Shown: one piece after another, positions 27,014-36,201 of the stretch
Layout: each line of letters begins with the position of its first letter
Position numbering within the stretch: position 1 is the first letter of the stretch
NCBI GenBank assembly: GCA_963797305.1
Contig: CAWCOW010000003.1
Location: forward strand, 856,043 to 920,042
Reading direction: 5' to 3'
Length of the DNA stretch: 64,000 bases
From: an uncultured Alphaproteobacteria bacterium
Lineage (GTDB): Bacteria; Pseudomonadota; Alphaproteobacteria; Acetobacterales; Acetobacteraceae
Translations under genes and position numbers: made by a program
Notes under the pieces: model-generated
What the model was told of the DNA's origin: nothing
Database searches by the model: none
What the model saw: only the letters and a program-made list of their open reading frames with translations

Positions 27014-28735
27014 ATGAAGAAGCTACTGGTTGGCTCAAGTCTGGCGGTGCTGATGATGGCGGGCATTCCGGGCGTGGCCCGCAGCGCCGACTACTCACCG
27101 GTTACCGATGCGCGCCTGCAAAATCCCGAGCCGCAGAACTGGCTGATGACACGCGGCAATTACCAGGGCTGGAGCTACAGCCCGCTCGAACAGATCAACG
27201 CCAGCAACGTCAAAAAGCTCACCCCCGTCTGGGCTGTTTCGACAGGCGTCGATTCCGGCCACGAATCGCCGCCAATCGTTAACAACGGGATGATGTTCGT
27301 GGCGACGCCGTATAGTCAGGTGTTGGCGCTGGATGCGGCGTCAGGGACCTTGCTGTGGCGTTACAAGCGCCGGCTGCCGGAGGGCTTCAGCGCCCTGCAT
27401 AACACCAGCCGCGGCGTGGCGCTGTATGGCGACAAGGTGTTCATGCCGACGCTGGACGCTGTCCTGGTGGCGTTGGACGCCAAGACTGGCAAGGTCGCGT
27501 GGGAAGCCAAGGTCGAGGACTGGAAGACCGGCTATTACATGACCATGGCTCCGCTTATCGTAAAGGGTAAAGTCCTGGTCGGCGTCGCGGGCGGAGAGTT
27601 CGGGGTGCGCGGGTTCATCGAGGCGTTCGATGCCGACACGGGAAAGCCGGCCTGGAAGACCTATACCATTCCGGCGCCCGGCGAGCCCGGCAGCGACACT
27701 TGGCAGAAGCCCGATACCTGGAAGACCGGCGGTGCTTCTACCTGGATGACAGGCAATTACGATCCGGCTACGAATGTGGTGTATTGGGGCACCGGAAACG
27801 GTTCGCCGTGGTTCGGCGATCAGCGGCCGGGCGACAATCTTTACACATCCTCAACGCTCGCGCTGGATGGCGATACCGGCAAGATCAAGGGGCATTTCCA
27901 GTATCACCAGAACAAGTCGTGGGACTGGGACGCGATGAACGCGCCGATGCTGGTGGATTTCCAGCGCAATGGCAAAACGACAAAAGGCCTGCTGACGCCG
28001 CAGCGCAACGGTTATCTGTATTGGCTGGGGCGCGAACCTGACGGCGGCATCTCGTACCTGAACTCCATCGCGTACGTTCCGCAGAACGTTTTCAAAGGCA
28101 TCGATCCGGAAACCGGACGGCCGGATGTGGACCTGGCGCACAAGCCGGGGACCGGCAAGGCCGCGCAGTTCTGTCCCGGGCTTTGGGGTGGCAAGGACTG
28201 GCCGTTCGAGGCTTACAATCCGAAGACCGGCATCGTCTATATCCCATCGAACGAAAACCACTGCAACACGCTGGAAGGAAAGGTCGAGCAACGCGTGCCC
28301 GGCCAATGGTGGACCGGCGTTGCGGTGCCAGACCTGCATTTCTCGGTCGATACGAAGGCGCCTTTCTACGGCGAGCTTCAAGCCTATGACGTCAACACCG
28401 GCAAGCGCGCGTGGCGGGACACCTACAAGGATTCCATGATGTGGGGTTCGGTGCTGACCACGGCGGGCGACCTGGTATTTGCCGGCGGCACCAACGATCG
28501 GGACTTCCGCGCCTATAATGCGAAAAGCGGCGAGGAACTCTGGAAGTTCAGGACCAACTCCGGGGTGATCGCGCCGCCGTCGACGTTCGAAGTCAACGGC
28601 ACACAATATATCGCGGTGGCCTCCGGCTACGGCGTCGATCCGGCGTTCCAGCAGGGGCTGATGGCCAATCTGGTGGGCTGGAATGCCGACGTGCCACAGG
28701 GTGGCGTGATCTGGGTGTTCGCTCTTTCGAAGTGA
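27014..28735 (+). CDS. PQQ-dependent alcohol dehydrogenase family protein 1 (no vicinal disulfide, D-x-D motif)
   Basis: Signal peptide, NWLMTRGNYQGWSYSPLEQIN, ESPPIV, GGEFGVRG, GGASTW, GTGNGSPW, WDWD, CPG..GGKDW, W-repeat propeller; no haem c domain. Confidence 0.92.
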   Translation: MKKLLVGSSLAVLMMAGIPGVARSADYSPVTDARLQNPEPQNWLMTRGNYQGWSYSPLEQINASNVKKLTPVWAVSTGVDSGHESPPIVNNGMMFVATPYSQVLALDAASGTLLWRYKRRLPEGFSALHNTSRGVALYGDKVFMPTLDAVLVALDAKTGKVAWEAKVEDWKTGYYMTMAPLIVKGKVLVGVAGGEFGVRGFIEAFDADTGKPAWKTYTIPAPGEPGSDTWQKPDTWKTGGASTWMTGNYDPATNVVYWGTGNGSPWFGDQRPGDNLYTSSTLALDGDTGKIKGHFQYHQNKSWDWDAMNAPMLVDFQRNGKTTKGLLTPQRNGYLYWLGREPDGGISYLNSIAYVPQNVFKGIDPETGRPDVDLAHKPGTGKAAQFCPGLWGGKDWPFEAYNPKTGIVYIPSNENHCNTLEGKVEQRVPGQWWTGVAVPDLHFSVDTKAPFYGELQAYDVNTGKRAWRDTYKDSMMWGSVLTTAGDLVFAGGTNDRDFRAYNAKSGEELWKFRTNSGVIAPPSTFEVNGTQYIAVASGYGVDPAFQQGLMANLVGWNADVPQGGVIWVFALSK

Positions 28736-28794
28736 TCCGAGTGCGGGCCGGCCGCCAGAAATGGCGTCTGGCCCATCGGCTTTAGGATATGTCC

Positions 28795-29232
28795 ATGAAA
28801 ACTGTATATGCACTGTCCCGGCGTTTCGCCCTTGCGCTGACGGTCGCGGGTCTGACTGTATCGGCCGCGGGTAGCGTGGCGGCCGGCGAACCTGACGCCT
28901 ACGATGTCAATGTGAGCGACGTCACCGCCAAAGTCGGAGAGCCCGCTGTAATGCTCGCGACCTTGAAGGTCCGCGATGGCTATCGGATTTTGACGGCCTA
29001 CAACAACCGGGTCATCAAACTGTCTTCGTGGGATGACGGCGTCGTCTTCGAACAGGACATGGTGCCGGCGAAGGTTGAAGATGGTGCCTTGGTTTTCAAG
29101 GTTGGCCTGAAAGCGACCAAGCCCGGCACCCACCCGATCAACGGGCTGCTGCGTGTCGGTTATATCCAGGGCACCGACGAAATGGCTATGGTGTCAATGA
29201 AGCTGATCGCCAACGTTACGGGAACCGAGTAA
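28795..29232 (+). CDS. Exported hypothetical protein, beta-rich (DsbD-N/Ig-like appearance)
   Basis: AGGA RBS, signal peptide (FALALTVAGLTVSAAGSVAA), alternating hydrophobic beta pattern, no Cys. Start is 28789 or 28795. Confidence 0.65.
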   Translation: MKTVYALSRRFALALTVAGLTVSAAGSVAAGEPDAYDVNVSDVTAKVGEPAVMLATLKVRDGYRILTAYNNRVIKLSSWDDGVVFEQDMVPAKVEDGALVFKVGLKATKPGTHPINGLLRVGYIQGTDEMAMVSMKLIANVTGTE

Positions 29233-29247
29233 CGTCTCACCGTGCGC

Positions 29248-29853
29248 CTACCCGGCTTTCAGGATCGTTAGCTGGGTGGCATTGGTGAAGTCGCGCAAAT
29301 CCTTCGACGGATCGCGGTACAGTTGACGATCGAGCAAAAACCGCCGCGATTCCGTCACCTTCTCACAATGCTCATGCACGAACACTCCGCCAACCGGCTG
29401 TTCAGTCGCAGTCGGTTCGATTGTATGGCAGCGCCAGCCATCTTCGCCGAACCGCGCCTTTGCCTGGATGGCGAACAGGAAAGCCTTCTTGTGCTGATAC
29501 AGCCTGACATGCGGATCTGTTTCGATCCGTAGCCCGGCGACCTGTGCCGCATCATCGATCAGCAACGCCAGGGTTACCGGCTGCCCACCCACAACCGTTT
29601 CGCCCTCATCGTAACGGAAGCTGATGGCGTGATAACCGTCCGAAGACGGCGCGCAAGCATTGTAATCCTGCCAATTCGTCAGCTTCCGCGCGGGATCGTT
29701 GGCGCATGCAAATTCGCCGTATCCGCTTTGCGGCAGCGCAGAAACCGGCATGCCGACGCGGAACTCGCGCAGATCGTTCTGCTGCGAGGGCGCCGCCGCC
29801 GCACATAGCGGCAGCAGCATCGCGGCTGTCATCACGGAACGGGATATCGTCAC
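29248..29853 (-). CDS. Exported hypothetical protein with four Cys
   Basis: GTG start after GGAAGG, signal peptide, DLREFRVGM, FAC..C..FRYD, WRC..HEHC; follows the cytochrome c gene by 4 bp. Confidence 0.7.
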   Translation of the reverse strand: MTISRSVMTAAMLLPLCAAAAPSQQNDLREFRVGMPVSALPQSGYGEFACANDPARKLTNWQDYNACAPSSDGYHAISFRYDEGETVVGGQPVTLALLIDDAAQVAGLRIETDPHVRLYQHKKAFLFAIQAKARFGEDGWRCHTIEPTATEQPVGGVFVHEHCEKVTESRRFLLDRQLYRDPSKDLRDFTNATQLTILKAG

Positions 29854-29857
29854 GAGG

Positions 29858-30457
29858 TTACCTTCCTGCATCCTGATGCGGTGCATTGGAATCGGTCGCC
29901 GCGTCGACCTTCATGTGTTCATGCGCCGGGGCTTGGTCTTGCTCCGCGGCCGCGTGCTGAATTCCGCCTTCATCCTTGGCATACATGTCACAGACGCGGC
30001 TGCCGGTGCCGAAGAACGACCGGCATTGATCGATTGTTGCCTCGCCCTGACCCTTGATGTGTTCCACCACATATTTGGCGACCGCATCGATATCCGCCGG
30101 GCGCAGCGGGTGATCGGCTGCGGGCGGGATCTGGCCCGGCCCGAGCTGGGCCGCTTTCATTCCGTAGCATCGGCCATCGGAATACGCATCGGTATCGAAA
30201 TGCGGCATCCCTTTCGAGATGCGTCCGCATTTGATCGTCAGTTCGATCTGATCAAGCGACAGCTTTGTCTTTCGCAGATTCGCCGCGGCACCGCCATAGC
30301 CGCCGCCACCGGTGCCGGTCCATTTATGGCAGCCGACGCAATTAGCGGCCTTGAATACCCGCAGCCCCTCGTCGGAGGAATCGGCCAGGGCGAAACCTGA
30401 ACCGGCAATCATCGCCGCGAAAACCGCGGCCGGAATGAGATAAAATCCCTTGATCAC
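29858..30457 (-). CDS. Periplasmic monohaem cytochrome c
   Basis: Signal peptide, ANCVGCHKW (CxxCH), GMPHF (axial Met candidate), four extra Cys. Confidence 0.9.
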   Translation of the reverse strand: MIKGFYLIPAAVFAAMIAGSGFALADSSDEGLRVFKAANCVGCHKWTGTGGGGYGGAAANLRKTKLSLDQIELTIKCGRISKGMPHFDTDAYSDGRCYGMKAAQLGPGQIPPAADHPLRPADIDAVAKYVVEHIKGQGEATIDQCRSFFGTGSRVCDMYAKDEGGIQHAAAEQDQAPAHEHMKVDAATDSNAPHQDAGR

Positions 30458-30524
30458 AGCATGCGACTTTCTGGTTCTGAACAGTGGCCGGGGCGGGTCG
30501 GCGGCCCGCGCCCGGTTCCTGTCA

Positions 30525-32285
30525 TCAGTTCAACGAGAAGACATACAAAGCTGAACTCGGATGTATCGCCTTGAGTTCCGGCGTCCCCTCGATAAACCAT
30601 TTGTCCCAGGCGCCGCCTTGGCCGACCAGTATCGCGATATACTGCTTGCCGTCGGACGTGAACGTCATGGGGGGCGCGTTCACTCCGCCGCCAGTGTTGA
30701 AGCTCCAAAGTTCCTGCAGATTTTTCGCGTCCAGGGCTGCAACCTTGCCGTCCGGCTGGCCATAGAATACGAGGTCCGGTGTGGTCAGCAGGCCGCCAAG
30801 CATCGGAAACGGCGTTTCATGCTTGCCGACTTCCTTACCGGTGGTCACGTCGATCGCGGTCACACTGCCGGTTATGCGTTCAGGCTGATCCGGTCCGCCA
30901 CCAGTGAAGAACTCCCGCTTCGCGACCGGCTTGCCGGGTGTCTCCGGTTTGACGGTAATGCGGTTGCAACTTTCAATAACCGGAATGTACCATTCCTTCA
31001 GCACCGGATTATAGGCGGTCGGCGGCCAGTTCTTGCCGCCCATGTTGCCCGGACAGATGATCGTTACCGGGTTTTCTTTGCTGGGTGTGACCGAGGCATT
31101 GTACTTCTGAACATCCGCCTTCGGATCATACTCAACCGGCTTGCCGGTTTCCTGATCCAAACCCTTCGTCCAGGTCACTTTCTTTACGAACGGCAGACCC
31201 CAAACGAACTGGCCGTTATCCCGATCCAGCGCATAGGCAAAACCGTTGCGATCAGCTTCCAGATCGAGGTGCCGAGGCTGTCCGTGGACGGGCGCGTCGG
31301 CCAGCACGTTCTCCGAGACACTGTCATAGTCGAACGCGTCGTTCGGAGTATGCTGGAAGTGCCACTTGATCTTTCCGGAATCAGCATCGAGGGCCAAAGT
31401 GCTGTCCGTATACAGGTCGTCGCCGGGACGATACGCCGAATCCCAGTCCGGCCCGGGATTGCCAACGCCCCAGTACAGCGTATTCGTCCGCGGATCGTAA
31501 CTGCCGGTCACCCATGTCGATCCGCCACCGGTAGCCGCCGCGTTATGGCTGTCCTTCCAGGTCTCGCTGCCAGGCTCGCCCTTCGCCGGAATCGTGTAAG
31601 TGCGCCAGACTTCCTTCTGCGTCCCGATATCGGTCGCCGCGATCCATCCGCGAATGCCATACTCCGCCCCGGCCACACCCGTAATGACCAAGTTCTTCAC
31701 CACCAATGGCGCGCCGGTAATCACTTCGCTCTTGTCTGGATCGGCCACTTGCCGCTGCCATGCGATCTGACCAGTCTTCTTGTTGGTGGCGATCAACCGC
31801 CCGTCCAGCGAATGCGACAGGACAAGATCGCCGGACAATGCCACGCCGCGGTTGTCCACGCCGCAACAGGCAACAGCCCCGGCCCAATCGTGGTCCGTCT
31901 TCGGATCCATGCGCCACAGCACTTTAGCCTGGCCGCCTTTCGTATCGATTTTGTAAACAGACCCCCAACCGTCCGTCACATACATGAACCCGTCCTGCAC
32001 GATCGGCGTGCCTTCCAGGCCACCATGCGACCAGATCCCCCCGCCCTCGATCCCGCCCAGTTGAAGCGTCCAGGCAACGTGCAGGTTCTTGACGTTATCC
32101 TTGTTGATCTGGTTCAGCGGCGAGAACCGTTGCGCCGAGTAATCCTTATGGTGCGTCAGCCAATTACCCGGATCCGAGTCAGCCTTCAGAAGTTGGTCGG
32201 ACGTCACCTCGTCGGCCGCAAAAACCGCTGTCTGGCTCCCGAGGATCAATGCGACGATCGCCGCGGCGCATTTTGTTTTTTTCAT
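30525..32285 (-). CDS. PQQ-dependent alcohol dehydrogenase family protein 2 (vicinal CC, DYD motif)
   Basis: Signal peptide, NWLTHHKDYSAQRFSPLNQIN, ACCGVDNRG, GAEYGIRG, GGGSTW, GVGNPGP, PNDAFDYD, CPGNMGGKNW. Confidence 0.93.
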   Translation of the reverse strand: MKKTKCAAAIVALILGSQTAVFAADEVTSDQLLKADSDPGNWLTHHKDYSAQRFSPLNQINKDNVKNLHVAWTLQLGGIEGGGIWSHGGLEGTPIVQDGFMYVTDGWGSVYKIDTKGGQAKVLWRMDPKTDHDWAGAVACCGVDNRGVALSGDLVLSHSLDGRLIATNKKTGQIAWQRQVADPDKSEVITGAPLVVKNLVITGVAGAEYGIRGWIAATDIGTQKEVWRTYTIPAKGEPGSETWKDSHNAAATGGGSTWVTGSYDPRTNTLYWGVGNPGPDWDSAYRPGDDLYTDSTLALDADSGKIKWHFQHTPNDAFDYDSVSENVLADAPVHGQPRHLDLEADRNGFAYALDRDNGQFVWGLPFVKKVTWTKGLDQETGKPVEYDPKADVQKYNASVTPSKENPVTIICPGNMGGKNWPPTAYNPVLKEWYIPVIESCNRITVKPETPGKPVAKREFFTGGGPDQPERITGSVTAIDVTTGKEVGKHETPFPMLGGLLTTPDLVFYGQPDGKVAALDAKNLQELWSFNTGGGVNAPPMTFTSDGKQYIAILVGQGGAWDKWFIEGTPELKAIHPSSALYVFSLN

Positions 32286-32313
32286 TCTGTTTCTTCCCTT
32301 GGGTGGTTCGGCG

Positions 32314-32556
32314 CTACTTGCCGTTAGCCTCGACCTTCGACTTTTCGCTGTTGTTCATGGCTTTGACGGTCTTGCTTTGATCGGTTTCCCCCGTCGTCCG
32401 CGTAGTCGTTGCAGGCGGTGCCGAAGACGGCACCGACTTTTCCATTGCCGGACCATTGCCGATGTGCGCCTTGGCCGGCGGCGGGATGTCGTCAGCCAGG
32501 GCAGCCCCGCCCCAAACGAGCAGGGCTGCACCGGCGGTCAGTAATAAATGTCTCAA
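32314..32556 (-). CDS. Small exported low-complexity protein
   Basis: TTG start after AAGGAGAG; signal peptide [18 protein letters not shown], then a Pro/Thr/Lys-rich tail; lies between iorB-like and PQQ DH2. Confidence 0.6.
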   Translation of the reverse strand: MRHLLLTAGAALLVWGGAALADDIPPPAKAHIGNGPAMEKSVPSSAPPATTTRTTGETDQSKTVKAMNNSEKSKVEANGK

Positions 32557-32570
32557 ACAGCTCTCCTTGT

Positions 32571-34856
32571 TCAGGCGTTTTCCAACTGCTTGCCGATAGG
32601 CAGGCTGCGGATGCGCTTGCCGGTGGCCGCGAAGATCGCATTGCAAAGCGCCGGAGCGAACGGCGGCACGCCCGGTTCGCCAACCCCGCTCGGAGGTGTC
32701 TCCGGTCCAGGCGGCATAATGTAGACGTTCGTCACCACCGGTCCCTCGTCGATGCGGGCGACTTTGAAGTCGTCGAAGTTCTTCTGCTGCACGCGTCCGT
32801 TCTTGAAGGTGATTTCTCCATATTTGGCCAGGCTGAGGCCCATGATCGCGGCCCCTTCGATCTGCGACTGAATCCGCTCCGGGTTCACGTAGGTACCGCA
32901 ATCGATGGCGGTATCGACACGCGGAATGGTTAGTTTACCCTTGTCGTCCACCGCTACTTCCACGATCGTTGCAACATAGCTGACAAAGCTGCGGTGCGCC
33001 GCGATGCCTAGCCCGTGACCTTTCGGCAACGAACGTCCCCACTGGCCCTTCTGCGCCACCAGTTCGACGACCTTGCGAAGCCGCCCGGCATCGATCGGAT
33101 AGCTGCTGATGGGCTCGCCATAATCCCAAAGGTCCTTTACGGATGGACCGACATTAACAATCCGCGCAGGGCCGATCAGTTCCAGCAGCATGTCCTTGGG
33201 ATCGCGTCCGGTCTCGTGGGCAAGCTCGGCAACCATCGTTTGCACGGCGAAGGCGTGGGGAATATTCGACACCGATCGGAACCAGCCAATGCGGGTGTAG
33301 GCGGCGGCTTCCGGGTTTTCGCAGCGAATGTTGGGGATGTCGAACGGCACATCGACCAACCCCATGCCGAGCTCGAACGGCGCCTGATGCTTGGCGCCGG
33401 CAGCAAACGTCGACATGATTGTCGGCGCCACGCTGCGATGCCGCCAGGCGATCACCTTGCCGCCCTTGTCCAATCCGGCCTCGATCCGTTCGGCGGACAC
33501 CGTGTGAAGGAAGTCGTGCTGGATATCATCCTCACGGGTCCACTGCACTTTCACCGGCGCGCCGACGGCCTTGGACAGCAGCGCCGCTTCCAACGCGAAG
33601 TCGCATTTCGACTTGCGGCCGAAACCGCCGCCCAGCAACGTCACGTTGACCGTAACATTTTCCGGAGAAATGCCCAGCGTTTTGGCGACATCATCGCGGG
33701 TCCCTTGCGGACTTTGCACCGGGGCCCAAACCACCGCCTTGCCGTCCGAGACATGCGCGGTGGCGACGGGACTTTCCATGGCGGCGTGGGCGAAATGCGG
33801 CGCGTAATACTCCCCGACGACAACCTTGTCCGCTGATTTCATTGCAGCGTCCACATCGCCGTTGTTCCGAACTACCTCACCCGGCTGGCGCGACGCGTCC
33901 TCTAGTTCCTTGCGGTAGGCTACGGAATCGTAGGAGGCGTTGGGGCCGTCATCCCACACCACTTTCAGCGCGTCGCGACCTTTGATCGCGGCACCGGTGT
34001 TGCGGGCGATGACGGCGACACCGCCGAGCGGCTGGAACTTCGAGGGCCAGGGCCAGCCCTGCACCTCGATCACCTGCTCCACACCGGACACCTTCAGGGC
34101 ATCGGAAGCATCGAACGAAACCAGTTTGCCGCCGGTGACGGGGGGGCGGGCGATGACGGCGTATTTCATCCCCGGTAGCCTGGTGTCGATGCCGTACATT
34201 GCCTTCCCAACGGTGATGTCGTGAAGATCGACGATGCTTATACGACCCTTGCCGATATACCGGTAATCCTTGGGATCCTTCAGCTTCAGCTTCGACGCGT
34301 CCGCGACCGGTTGATCCGCGGCATCTTCCGCCAGTTCGCCATATCCCAGCTTCTGATTCGTGCCGACACGGATGACTTCATGGTTCACCGCCCTTACTTG
34401 ACTAACTGGAACATTCCACCGCTTGGCGGCGGCGGCTTCCAGCATCATGCGAGCGGAGGCGCCGACCTGCCGCATCGGAATCAGGAAGTGGCGGGTGCTG
34501 CGGGACCCGTCGGTGTCCTGGTTGCCGTATTTCGCCTCGTCGCCCGGCGCCTGTTGGACCCTGACCTTGTTCCAGTCCGCTTCCATTTCATCCGCAACGA
34601 CCATCGGCAGGCTGGTGCGCACGCCGGTCCCCATCTCCGACCGCGATGCGATGATGGTGACGATGCCATCCGGAGCGATGGAAACGAACACCTTCGGATC
34701 GTTGACCGTGCCATGCGGCATCTTGTCCGCGCCGGTCGAATAGGCCGCCATGGAGCGCCGCGTGCTCACCGGAACGGCAAGCACCAGACCGGCGGTGACG
34801 CCCAATCCGCGCAGGACACCGCGTCGGGAAACGTTCTCTATACGATTCTGGAACAT
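32571..34856 (-). CDS. Xanthine dehydrogenase-family molybdopterin subunit (IorB-like)
   Basis: SRRGVLRG Tat-like N-terminus, [76 protein letters not shown]. Confidence 0.95.
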   Translation of the reverse strand: MFQNRIENVSRRGVLRGLGVTAGLVLAVPVSTRRSMAAYSTGADKMPHGTVNDPKVFVSIAPDGIVTIIASRSEMGTGVRTSLPMVVADEMEADWNKVRVQQAPGDEAKYGNQDTDGSRSTRHFLIPMRQVGASARMMLEAAAAKRWNVPVSQVRAVNHEVIRVGTNQKLGYGELAEDAADQPVADASKLKLKDPKDYRYIGKGRISIVDLHDITVGKAMYGIDTRLPGMKYAVIARPPVTGGKLVSFDASDALKVSGVEQVIEVQGWPWPSKFQPLGGVAVIARNTGAAIKGRDALKVVWDDGPNASYDSVAYRKELEDASRQPGEVVRNNGDVDAAMKSADKVVVGEYYAPHFAHAAMESPVATAHVSDGKAVVWAPVQSPQGTRDDVAKTLGISPENVTVNVTLLGGGFGRKSKCDFALEAALLSKAVGAPVKVQWTREDDIQHDFLHTVSAERIEAGLDKGGKVIAWRHRSVAPTIMSTFAAGAKHQAPFELGMGLVDVPFDIPNIRCENPEAAAYTRIGWFRSVSNIPHAFAVQTMVAELAHETGRDPKDMLLELIGPARIVNVGPSVKDLWDYGEPISSYPIDAGRLRKVVELVAQKGQWGRSLPKGHGLGIAAHRSFVSYVATIVEVAVDDKGKLTIPRVDTAIDCGTYVNPERIQSQIEGAAIMGLSLAKYGEITFKNGRVQQKNFDDFKVARIDEGPVVTNVYIMPPGPETPPSGVGEPGVPPFAPALCNAIFAATGKRIRSLPIGKQLENA

Positions 34857-34859
34857 GAC

Positions 34860-35312
34860 TCAGGCCCCCGTCGATGCAAGCCGCACAGCCGTTTCGATCC
34901 GCGCATAACAGCCGCACCGACAGATGTTGCCGGCCATGGATTCGCGGATGTCGTCGTGCGACGGATGAGGGTTGTGGGAGATGAGAGAGGCCGCCTGCAT
35001 GATCTGCCCGGACTGACAGTATCCGCATTGCGGCACGTTGACTTCTCGCCAGGCTTTCTGCACCGGATGATTGCCGGCAGGATCCAGGCCCTCAATCGTC
35101 GTGACCCTCTTGCCCGATGCTTGCAGCAACGTCGTGCTGCAGGAGCGCACGGCGATGCCCTCCAGATGCACCGTGCAGGCGCCACAGAAGCCATGGCCGC
35201 AGCCGAACTTGGTGCCGGTCAGGCCGGCCTCATCGCGAAGATACCACAACAGAGGCAGCGACGGATCGCCGTCCCACGTGTGTTCCTGCCCGTTGACTGT
35301 CAGTGTTATCAT
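34860..35312 (-). CDS. (2Fe-2S) small subunit (IorA-like)
   Basis: LLWYLRD..GLTGTKFGCGHGFCGACTV, QCGYCQSGQIM, GNICRCGCY. Confidence 0.95.
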   Translation of the reverse strand: MITLTVNGQEHTWDGDPSLPLLWYLRDEAGLTGTKFGCGHGFCGACTVHLEGIAVRSCSTTLLQASGKRVTTIEGLDPAGNHPVQKAWREVNVPQCGYCQSGQIMQAASLISHNPHPSHDDIRESMAGNICRCGCYARIETAVRLASTGA

Positions 35313-35743
35313 TGGTCGTGTTTTCCCTTGCTTTAGTTCTGATTGGATGGGTGCCATGTTGCACCGCAATATCAGGCCATCGATCGTTGTTCATTTGGAT
35401 TGGAATTGCGTGGTGCGAAACCAGCGCTCACCTCTGGCCAACAATTTCACATTGTTCGACACCTTGACCGTTCCCCCAATCCGGATCTTCTTCTTGTGCT
35501 TGTTCGGACATTCGAGCCTAGGAGATGACGCCGCGGCTGACTACCGCCTTCACGCGGTTTTGCGTCTGGATCGCCTACACGCCGCCCACGTTGGACGGAA
35601 CTTCATTGCCTACGCCGGCTGAATGCCGATGCGATGACCAAGCAAAATCGAAAATCACCGCGCTTACTTATCAACCCGTGACGGGCACAACACTTTTCGC
35701 CATGCCCGATCGCGAATTTGATGCGACCGGGCGCGCGTGATCC

Positions 35744-36142
35744 TTATCCCATCGCCTGCGTGGCCGACGGCGTAATCTCGTAGATCACCCGGACGTCCTT
35801 GTCGTTGTGCCAGGGATAGACGTCCTTATCGAGATACTTCTTCGCCAGGCTGTCGATATGCGCAACCGCGCCGTCTTCAGTCTCCTTGGTGACCGCGCCG
35901 CGGATCTGGATGTAGCGATAGGGGTTGTCGGGATCGAGGATCGCCAGCGCCACCTTCGACCCCACCGACAGATTGCGCGCCTTGACCCGGCCCTTCGCGG
36001 TATTCACGCGGACGATGCCGTTGGTGTAGTCGAACCAGACCGGCGTCACCTGCGGCGAGCCGTCCGGCTGGATTGTGGCGATGTTCGCAAAGGCTTTTTT
36101 CTCGGTTAGCAGATCGAGAAAACCGGCGGGAATTTCGGCCAT
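35744..36142 (-). CDS. PPOX class F420-dependent-like oxidoreductase (Rv1155-like)
   Basis: FANIATIQPDGSPQVTPVWF, NTAKGRVKARNL, DPDNPYRYIQIRG, IDSLAKKYL..YP; AGGAG RBS. Confidence 0.88.
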   Translation of the reverse strand: MAEIPAGFLDLLTEKKAFANIATIQPDGSPQVTPVWFDYTNGIVRVNTAKGRVKARNLSVGSKVALAILDPDNPYRYIQIRGAVTKETEDGAVAHIDSLAKKYLDKDVYPWHNDKDVRVIYEITPSATQAMG

Positions 36143-36201
36143 GATGCACTCCTAACTCGTTGACTAATCGTAAGTGGGGCTGGCGGCCCTGCTGGCAAGA
36201 T

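Noticed and set aside
27014-32285. Naming the PQQ enzymes xoxF, mxaF, exaF or pedH
   Set aside because: Family motifs are present, but the sequences lack clear clade-specific signatures that I can verify by eye. A phylogeny is needed.
35366-35379. Sigma54-like promoter TGGCCTGATATTGC upstream of iorA-like gene
   Set aside because: The GG-to-GC spacing is one base shorter than the strictly conserved -24/-12 spacing.
35313-35743. pqqA-like precursor or small ORFs in the AT-richer gap
   Set aside because: There is no E-x-x-x-Y peptide with an RBS, and the listed ORFs (35343, 35525) have no motif support.
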